A program made the translations under genes and the position numbers. The notes beneath the pieces were generated by a model, which ran no database searches, was not told the origin of the DNA, and saw only the letters and a program-made list of their open reading frames with translations. Shown here piece after piece: positions 58,003 to 64,000 of a DNA stretch of 64,000 nucleotides. This DNA is from Bacteroidia bacterium (GTDB lineage Bacteria; Bacteroidota; Bacteroidia; B-17B0; Aurantibacillaceae), in the NCBI GenBank assembly GCA_014378485.1, contig JACMNO010000048.1, positions 943 to 64,942 on the forward strand, written 5' to 3'. Each line of letters opens with the position of its first letter. Position 1 is the first letter of the stretch.

Positions 58003-58419
58003 TTACTTCCCTATAAAGGATAAATAATCCTGTAAAATAATAGTAGCGCTCACCATATCCACCGTATCTTTATTGGCCCGGGCTTTTTTCTTTAAGCCTC
58101 CCATCAACATAGTTTGGTGAGCCATAACAGTGGTGAATCGTTCATCGTAACGGGCAATTTTTATACTTGGAAATTTGCGTGTTAAATGGGTAACAAAAGG
58201 ATCTATGTATCGGGCACTATCTGAAGCTTCGTTTTGTAAAGTTTTTGGTTCGCCAACCACAATGCATTCAACGGCCTCCTTTTTTAAATAGTCTTCTAAA
58301 TATGCAATTAAATCTTTGCTGTGGACTGTTGTTAAACCCGAAGCAATAATTTGCAAAGGATCAGTCACGGCTAAACCAACCCGTTTACTTCCATAATCTA
58401 TTGCCATGATTCTTGCCAT
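58003..58419 (-). CDS. ruvX: Holliday junction resolvase-like RuvX (YqgF)
   Basis: 138 aa. MARIMAIDYGSKRVGLAVTD...VVGEP...DERFTT is canonical. Confidence 0.92.
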   Translation of the reverse strand: MARIMAIDYGSKRVGLAVTDPLQIIASGLTTVHSKDLIAYLEDYLKKEAVECIVVGEPKTLQNEASDSARYIDPFVTHLTRKFPSIKIARYDERFTTVMAHQTMLMGGLKKKARANKDTVDMVSATIILQDYLSFIGK

Positions 58420-58477
58420 GAGATAAAGATAATATTATTTTTACGGATTATAATTTTATGATTATCAGGATTTTTAG

Positions 58478-58566
58478 TTGAGCGTCTCCCTCCTTCGTCG
58501 GGTCGGGCTTTCACTGCAATCTTTTGCTAGAGGCAGGCAAAAGGATTTCTGTTCAATCCCTTACGC
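58478..58566. repeat. Single GC-rich repeat unit in left-arm orientation (locus C)
   Basis: TTGAGCGTCTCCCTCCTTCGTCGGGTCGGGCTTTCACTGCAATCTTTTGCTAGAGGCAGGCAAAAGGATTTCTGTTCAATCCCTTACGC has the same block order as the left arms of loci A and B. Confidence 0.8.
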
Positions 58567-58606
58567 AACATAACTGTTTATATTATTTAAAAAAAGTTAA
58601 AATATA

Positions 58607-58647
58607 TTGCAGTTTTCAAAAATTAATCTAACTTTGTATCTCAAAGT
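58607..58647 (+). promoter_or_regulatory. Bacteroidota-type promoter (TTG-N19-TAACTTTG) overlapping the palindrome ACTTTG-N5-CAAAGT
   Basis: TTG at 58607-58609 is followed, exactly 19 nt later, by TAACTTTG at 58629-58636. The palindrome ACTTTGtatctCAAAGT is at 58631-58647, and the ATG is at 58657. Confidence 0.55.
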
Positions 58648-58656
58648 GCTTTTAAC

Positions 58657-59292
58657 ATGACAACAGAAAACCTTGAACACCTGGAGGCGATACAGGATAT
58701 TCGCCAGATGATGAAAAAATCAACCCGTTTTTTATCACTCAGTGGTTTATCGGGAGTATTTGCCGGAATCTTTGCTTTGGCAGGAGCAGTGGTTGGTTAT
58801 CTATATTTGAATTCAATTTACGAGAATTGGGTGATAGGTAATCTTGAGGTTTTAAACAGAAATGAGATTTACCTGAATTTCATTTTAATTGCAGCAATTG
58901 TATTAATACTTTCTATTTCCACCGCCTATTTTTTCTCCAACCGTAAAGCAAAAAGAGAAGGGCAAAATTTATTTGATCATACCGCCATAAGAGTTTTGAT
59001 CAATTTAGCAATTCCTTTAATAGCGGGTGGTATTTTTTGTATTGCTCTACTATACCATGGAGCCATTGTTTATATTGCACCGGCCATGTTATTGTTTTAC
59101 GGCCTCGCTTTAATTAATGCCAGTAAATATACTTACGATGATATTCGTTATTTTGGTCTGTGTGAAATTTTGTTGGGCCTAATCAATGCGTTTAATTTAG
59201 GAAATGGTTTGTTATATTGGGCATTAGGATTTGGAGTATTGCATATTGTTTATGGCATGATGATGTGGTTTAAGTACGAGAAGAAAAGGTGA
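58657..59292 (+). CDS. Hypothetical multi-pass membrane protein
   Basis: 211 aa with about 5 TM helices and no motif I can name. It lies immediately upstream of an HTH_34-type regulator, a pairing I recall as common in Bacteroidota. Confidence 0.6.
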   Translation: MTTENLEHLEAIQDIRQMMKKSTRFLSLSGLSGVFAGIFALAGAVVGYLYLNSIYENWVIGNLEVLNRNEIYLNFILIAAIVLILSISTAYFFSNRKAKREGQNLFDHTAIRVLINLAIPLIAGGIFCIALLYHGAIVYIAPAMLLFYGLALINASKYTYDDIRYFGLCEILLGLINAFNLGNGLLYWALGFGVLHIVYGMMMWFKYEKKR

Positions 59293-59412
59293 TACGAATT
59301 TGGTACGAATATACTCACGCCACTGCGTGATGTGTATGCTAAAGTTTAAGCGGTTCGATTCGTAAATTCGTATTAGATTCGAAATCAAAATTTATTAAGA
59401 ATAAAAAAAATA

Positions 59413-59709
59413 TTGAAGTCATACATACATAATTTAAATAAAGCATTTGAGAACCGGATTCGTTTAGGGATCATGAGCGTGTTGATGGTGAACGACAGTG
59501 TGGATTTCAGCACTATGAAAGAAACACTTGAGTTGACCGATGGAAACCTGGCGAGTCATATTACGGCGCTTGAAAAAGAAGGATACATTCATGTTAAAAA
59601 AGAATTTGTTGGAAAGAAACCATTAACGACCTATTCAGTAACTAAGGTTGGAATGAAAGCGTTTAATGATCATTTGGATGGACTTGAAAAATTACTGAAA
59701 GAACGTTAA
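59413..59709 (+). CDS. Winged-helix transcriptional regulator (HTH_34-like)
   Basis: 98 aa. FENRIRLGIMSVLMVNDSVDFSTMKETLELTDGNLASHITALEKEGYIHVKKEFVGKKPLTTYSVT..G...F..HL is a typical small wHTH regulator. Confidence 0.75.
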   Translation: MKSYIHNLNKAFENRIRLGIMSVLMVNDSVDFSTMKETLELTDGNLASHITALEKEGYIHVKKEFVGKKPLTTYSVTKVGMKAFNDHLDGLEKLLKER

Positions 59710-59728
59710 TCCTTTTTTTTGAATATAA

Positions 59729-59745
59729 ACTTTGAAATTCAAAGT
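59729..59745 (+). promoter_or_regulatory. Palindrome ACTTTG-N5-CAAAGT upstream of the Coq4-like pair (candidate operator)
   Basis: ACTTTGaaattCAAAGT lies 19 nt upstream of the ATG at 59764. It has the same half-sites and spacing as 58631-58647. Confidence 0.5.
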
Positions 59746-59763
59746 ACTTTTAAATAAAGAAAT

Positions 59764-60270
59764 ATGAAACATATCGAGATCAATTATCAATCAGAAAGTT
59801 CCTTCAGAGCTAAAGCCGTGTTATGGCTTTTGGAAAAAGGAGTTCCCATTCATGCCCGGTTAAATAAACAAAGAATTGCCTGGGGTTTAAAGTCGGGTGA
59901 TCTATTGAATTGTGCTAAGGAAAGTTTAGGTCATGCTCTGGGACTGTTTTACAAAAAAGAAAAATTTGAACCGATCCCAAAAGCAGAAAGACACGATGTG
60001 TTTCATGTCCTTTTGGGTTATTCCACCAATGTTATTGATGAAGCAGCCATGCAGTTCTTTTTGTTGGGAAATGGCAAGCCTTCATTTTTCACGATCGGAA
60101 CCTGCATGATCACAATTCTGTTGTTCCCTAATCAGTTTTCTTATTTCCTTGACGCTTATCAAAAAGGTAAGCGATCGACTTCTATCCGTGATTGGAATTT
60201 TAAATTATTACTGAATGTAAATATGAACGACCTGCAAAATAAAATATTTAATTTAAAACATAAGTTATGA
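59764..60270 (+). CDS. Coq4-like family protein (paralogue 1)
   Basis: 168 aa. HDVFHVLLGYSTNVIDE fits the Coq4 zinc-ligand motif HDxxH-x11-E, followed by AAMQFFLLGNG. Confidence 0.6.
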   Translation: MKHIEINYQSESSFRAKAVLWLLEKGVPIHARLNKQRIAWGLKSGDLLNCAKESLGHALGLFYKKEKFEPIPKAERHDVFHVLLGYSTNVIDEAAMQFFLLGNGKPSFFTIGTCMITILLFPNQFSYFLDAYQKGKRSTSIRDWNFKLLLNVNMNDLQNKIFNLKHKL

Positions 60271-60770
60271 AAACAGCGACAGAACAACCAAAAACAATGC
60301 TCGATCATTTGATGCTGATCCATTTAAAAACATCTTCCTGGGTGGCTCAGCTCATTGGCCCTATGGTTTTTGATTACGGAACAAAAGAAAAAAACTGGAA
60401 TCTCAGCACCTCAGAACTTCTTCAGTTTCCGGATGGCAGTCTTGGGAAAGCCTTGGGTGAATTCCTTAAAAAATCCAACGTAGAGCCCCTTGCCGGAGCC
60501 GAGTATCATGATTTAGAACATGTACTTTTTGATTATTCGATATCATTTAAAGATGAAATTGGCTTGCAGTTTTTTTTACATGGTAACGGCAAAAAATCGG
60601 TTGCCTCTGTCAGTACTTTTATCGGCGCGTGGTTTATCCTTCCTACACAATGGAAATATCTTAGGGCTTCCTATGAAAGAGGAAAGAAATGTAGAGACAT
60701 CTCAGCGCTCAATTTAAAGGCGATGTTATATGATGATTTTAACCAAGTAAAAGCATCTCTATTCCAATAA
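60267..60770 (+). CDS. Coq4-like family protein (paralogue 2)
   Basis: 167 aa. HDLEHVLFDYSISFKDE fits HDxxH-x11-E, followed by IGLQFFLHGNG. It is collinear with paralogue 1 (LG.ALG.F.KK...EP....E.HD..HVL) and has a 4-nt ATGA overlap with it. Confidence 0.6.
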   Translation: MKTATEQPKTMLDHLMLIHLKTSSWVAQLIGPMVFDYGTKEKNWNLSTSELLQFPDGSLGKALGEFLKKSNVEPLAGAEYHDLEHVLFDYSISFKDEIGLQFFLHGNGKKSVASVSTFIGAWFILPTQWKYLRASYERGKKCRDISALNLKAMLYDDFNQVKASLFQ

Positions 60771-60792
60771 GTGCCAAAGTTTTGTGAGAACC

Positions 60793-60895
60793 GCGTGAGG
60801 GATTGTAGCAGAAATCCTTTTTTGATCACGCACTAGCGTGAGAAAAAAAGATTGGAGCGTAAAGCCCGACTGACGACAGGAAGGCACGCCCAAAA
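60793..60895. repeat. Single GC-rich repeat unit in right-arm orientation (locus D)
   Basis: GCGTGAGGGATTGTAGCAGAAATCCTTTTTTGATCACGCactaGCGTGAGAAAAAAAGATTGGAGCGTAAAGCCCGACTGACGACAGGAAGGCACGCCCAAAAG has the same block order as the right arms of loci A and B. Confidence 0.8.
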
Positions 60896-60924
60896 GATAT
60901 TAAAAATACATAAATATAAAAACC

Positions 60925-62400
60925 ATGAAAAAAAACGATTATCTATTGCTGCTAGCCACAGGCGCTTACAGCTTTTTATTTTACCAGCAAAATGCAGGAA
61001 TTAATTTTCTGTTATTTACGATCATATTGCAGACTATTATTATTGTTAGAAATAACGAATTAGTAAAAAATAAAAAATGGCTCTGGTCTGCAGCTTTGTG
61101 TTTGGTCAGTGCAGTTGCGGTTTTTATTAATTCAAGCTCTTTAAGTATCATCGCCAATGTTTTCAGTTTATTATTACTCTCAGCAGTATCCTTTAATGTA
61201 TCGACTTCCGGTTTATTCTCATTTTTGTTCAGCTGTTATTCGGTTGTTTCGGTAACTGTATTTATGATTATTGATTCGATCAAACGCTTGCAGGCAAAAA
61301 ATGATTCAGCCACAGCTAAAAGTGGATATAAGGTAATAGCTACATTCCTGGCCTTACTACTAAGTATCATCTTCTTTAACATGTATAAAAGTTCCAATCC
61401 TTTATTTGCGGAAAACACCAAATGGATCAATCTGGATTTTATCAGTTTTAACTGGATCTGCTTTACAATAAGCGGATGTTTGCTAACCTATGCCTTTTTA
61501 TATCACAGGGTTATTGCACCTGTAGAAAAATGGGAAAATAACCTGCCCCTGTTAAATAAAACAGGTACCGAAAATGAACAAAATAAAAAACAATTTGAAA
61601 TAGAACGCTATGCCGGTTTATTATTGTTTGTAATGTTAAACTTGATGTTGGTGATCTTAAATTGTGGAGATATACAAACCTTATATTTTAATGGTGGTTT
61701 GCCAAAAAACATTACGCATTCTGATTTTGTGCATAGTGGTGTAGGGATCATTATTTTGTCCATCATCCTTGCTACCAGCCTTATCATGTATTTATTCAGG
61801 AAAGAATTTACGAACGTGAAAAACAATAAAGCATTAATGATTTTTGTTTATTTATGGATTGCGCAAAACGTACTAATGTTGTCTTCTACCGCATTAAGGA
61901 ATCAGATATACATCCATGATTTTAATTTTACGTACAAACGAATCGGAGTTTATATTTGGTTAGCACTTGCTGCGCTCGGCCTTTTGATTATATTGTGGAA
62001 GATTTATAAGAAAAGATCGAACTGGTATTTGATCAAAACAAATGTGGCTGTATGGTTTACAACACTTGCCCTATGCAGTTTGGTAAACTGGGATAAACTG
62101 ATTACTGGTTATAATATTCAGAACAAACCAATTGCTGAGGTGGATTTTTATTATTTGTTCTCTTTGTCTGATGCCAATATCCCAGAGTTAATGGCCGTTA
62201 CCAAAAGCCTTGAGTTTGCGGTTTTTAATTCTAAACTCAGCAATTATAAGTGCTCTTATTATAATGAACGGTATTATTCAGAAACCTGTACACGGTTATT
62301 AAATCAGAAGATCTATCATTATTTATATGATTACACAAACGATTGGCGAAGCTTTGACTTACGTGACAAACAAATTTTAGAAAGTATTTATAAAAAATAA
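60925..62400 (+). CDS. Large polytopic membrane protein (DUF4173-like)
   Basis: 491 aa with more than 10 TM helices. The N-terminus LLLATGAYSFLFYQQNAGINFLLFT resembles the DUF4173 family as I recall it. Confidence 0.5.
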   Translation: MKKNDYLLLLATGAYSFLFYQQNAGINFLLFTIILQTIIIVRNNELVKNKKWLWSAALCLVSAVAVFINSSSLSIIANVFSLLLLSAVSFNVSTSGLFSFLFSCYSVVSVTVFMIIDSIKRLQAKNDSATAKSGYKVIATFLALLLSIIFFNMYKSSNPLFAENTKWINLDFISFNWICFTISGCLLTYAFLYHRVIAPVEKWENNLPLLNKTGTENEQNKKQFEIERYAGLLLFVMLNLMLVILNCGDIQTLYFNGGLPKNITHSDFVHSGVGIIILSIILATSLIMYLFRKEFTNVKNNKALMIFVYLWIAQNVLMLSSTALRNQIYIHDFNFTYKRIGVYIWLALAALGLLIILWKIYKKRSNWYLIKTNVAVWFTTLALCSLVNWDKLITGYNIQNKPIAEVDFYYLFSLSDANIPELMAVTKSLEFAVFNSKLSNYKCSYYNERYYSETCTRLLNQKIYHYLYDYTNDWRSFDLRDKQILESIYKK

Positions 62401-62406
62401 TTAACG

Positions 62407-63030
62407 ATGAAATTATCATTCAAACAACTCATTTATTTGTTCACTGCTTTCTGTACATCGCTTTTAATTTACCGAATTGTGAAAAGCGAAAGCCTGGCTT
62501 ATATTTTTTTAGCCTGGAATTTATTTTTAGCATTTATTCCCTGGTGGATCAGTAATTCTTTAAAACAAATAAATTCATTGAATTTCAAACACTTTCCTGT
62601 TTTGGTTTTGTGGTTATTGTTTTTGCCGAATTCACCTTACATTTTAACGGATCTTTTCCACTTAAAACTACGAGATCCGTTTCCATTATGGTTTGATTTG
62701 GTACTGCTGCTTTCGTTTGCTTTAATAGGGATGATTGTTTTTCTCAAATCTCTGAAAGATATGTTTAAAATTTTAAAGCAATACATAAGCCCGTTTTACA
62801 TGGCTATTATTACGCCTTTTGTTTTTTGGCTAATCTCATTCGGACTTTATTTAGGAAGATATTTAAGATTCAACAGCTGGAATGTGGTGAACCATCCGTT
62901 TCAATTAATAAGACAAAGTTTTGATGTTCTTCTAGAAAAAGACACCATTGGATTTACTTGCCTTTTTAGTGTCTTTATGTGGTTCTTGTATTATATTACA
63001 CTGTGTATAAATCAAGATGAAAAAGTATAA
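62407..63030 (+). CDS. DUF1361-like membrane protein
   Basis: 207 aa with about 5 TM helices. AWNLFLAFIPWWIS and PNSPYILTDLFHL match my recollection of DUF1361. Confidence 0.55.
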   Translation: MKLSFKQLIYLFTAFCTSLLIYRIVKSESLAYIFLAWNLFLAFIPWWISNSLKQINSLNFKHFPVLVLWLLFLPNSPYILTDLFHLKLRDPFPLWFDLVLLLSFALIGMIVFLKSLKDMFKILKQYISPFYMAIITPFVFWLISFGLYLGRYLRFNSWNVVNHPFQLIRQSFDVLLEKDTIGFTCLFSVFMWFLYYITLCINQDEKV

Positions 63031-63149
63031 TCTAAATTATAGTTTGATAATTGATATGCTATTAGGATTTGCATTTCTATTTTTACTTATCTTTATTTCT
63101 ATTTTTTCACCTTTCTTTTTATTTATTCTCACTTCAAATATTTAATAGT

Positions 63150-63509
63150 ATGCGTTCATTTTCTAAATCACTTTCTTATGCCATTAATGGCTTGCGTTTA
63201 GCCTTTAAGGATAATCATATGAAAGTGCATGTGATTATTGCTTTTATTGTTGTATGTGCAGGTTTATTTTTTGAAATCGCTCAAACCGAATGGTTAGCTT
63301 GTTTCATCTTATTTGGTTTAGTCATTAGTATGGAGATAATTAATACTGCTATCGAACATTTTGTAGATCTGGTTGAACCGAATTTTAATCACAAAGCCGG
63401 GGCTATTAAAGATCTGGCAGCAGGTGCGGTTTTGGTTTCTTCGATTATTGCATTTGTTTGTGGAGTATTGATTTTTGGGAAATATATCTTAGATTTACTC
63501 AACTTATAA
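63150..63509 (+). CDS. dgkA: Diacylglycerol kinase (DgkA family)
   Basis: The start is moved to MRSFSKSLSYAINGL (the track start is TTG, 27 codons upstream). SMEIINTAIEHFVDLV and IKDLAAGAVL are DgkA signatures, and the ~119-aa size fits. Confidence 0.82.
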   Translation: MRSFSKSLSYAINGLRLAFKDNHMKVHVIIAFIVVCAGLFFEIAQTEWLACFILFGLVISMEIINTAIEHFVDLVEPNFNHKAGAIKDLAAGAVLVSSIIAFVCGVLIFGKYILDLLNL

Positions 63510-63533
63510 AGCATTAAATTTAATCATTACTAC

Positions 63534-64000
63534 ATGTCACAATTTCCTGAAACCGAATTGATTCTTACGAAAGAGAACCGTGTTTATCATATCAACTTAA
63601 AAGCAGAAGACATTGCCGATGATGTGATAGTTGTAGGTGATCAACATCGCGTTGCGCAAATTTCAAAGCTTTTCAGTAAAATTGAATTTAAAACAGAGCA
63701 CCGTGAATTTGTGACACATACCGGTATTTATAATGGTAAGCGAGTTACTGTTTTATCTACAGGTATTGGAACTGATAATATTGATATTGTATTGAATGAG
63801 CTGGATGCCGCAGTAAATATAAATTTGGAAACTAGAACATTAAATCCTGTACATCGTTCTTTAAATATAATTCGTTTAGGAACCAGTGGTGCCCTGCAGG
63901 CTGATATTCCTGTAAATGGAATTGTAGTAAGTTCTTATGGACTTGGTTTGGATGGTTTATTAAATTTTTATGATAATTGGGAAAGTGTTTGCGATAACAC
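63534..64000 (+). CDS. Nucleoside phosphorylase (PNP_UDP_1 family, uridine phosphorylase-like), 5' part
   Basis: Own translation from ATG at 63534: MSQFPETELILTKENRVYHINLKAEDIADDVIVVGDQHRVAQISKLF...VLSTGIGTDNIDIVLNELD...RLGTSGALQ. The frame is open to the window end. Confidence 0.75.
   Translation, partial: MSQFPETELILTKENRVYHINLKAEDIADDVIVVGDQHRVAQISKLFSKIEFKTEHREFVTHTGIYNGKRVTVLSTGIGTDNIDIVLNELDAAVNINLETRTLNPVHRSLNIIRLGTSGALQADIPVNGIVVSSYGLGLDGLLNFYDNWESVCDN

Noticed and set aside
59351-59364. GCGGTTCGATTCG, which resembles a tRNA T-arm/T-loop (GGTTCGAnTCC)
   Set aside because: The sequence after the loop does not complement the putative T-stem, and no acceptor, D or anticodon arms can be drawn around it. 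It is part of the TACGAA/TTCG repeat structure instead.

Overview
AT-rich chromosomal segment, almost certainly from a Bacteroidota genome; a Flavobacteriia/Cytophagia-like lineage is only a guess. The evidence is five proteins with T9SS C-terminal sorting domains (three type A, two type B/CHU_C), TAnnTTTG-type -7 promoter boxes, no Shine-Dalgarno signals, and typical Bacteroidota housekeeping genes. Those genes include pruA, ubiX, folK, sppA, dsbD, dtd, recJ, yebC, ruvX, dgkA, an ABC-F ATPase, deoxynucleoside kinase, a short AMP nucleosidase and saccharopine dehydrogenase. Coding density is high. I found no rRNA, tRNA, CRISPR array, transposase or integrase. Accessory content comprises a 2325-aa and a 1434-aa type-B T9SS adhesin-like protein, a tandem two-domain DUF3494 ice-binding-like T9SS protein, a RelE/ParE toxin-antitoxin pair, a multiply disrupted xth pseudogene and a small GIY-YIG nuclease gene. 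The most interesting signal is non-coding: a family of ~100-nt GC-rich structured repeat units that stand out against the AT-rich background, with six units at four loci. Two loci are compact head-to-head palindromic dimers (2892-3110 and 39830-40087). The other two units (58478-58566 and 60793-60895) have the same left-arm/right-arm polarity and are each other's closest relatives. They bracket a 2.2-kb four-gene cassette: a membrane protein, an HTH_34-type regulator and two tandem Coq4-like paralogues, with its own shared palindromic operator ACTTTG-N5-CAAAGT. A nearby GIY-YIG gene is bounded by ~45-nt inverted repeats that share a TCACGC-N4-GCGTGA hairpin module with this family. All coordinates derived by hand may be off by 1-2 nt.
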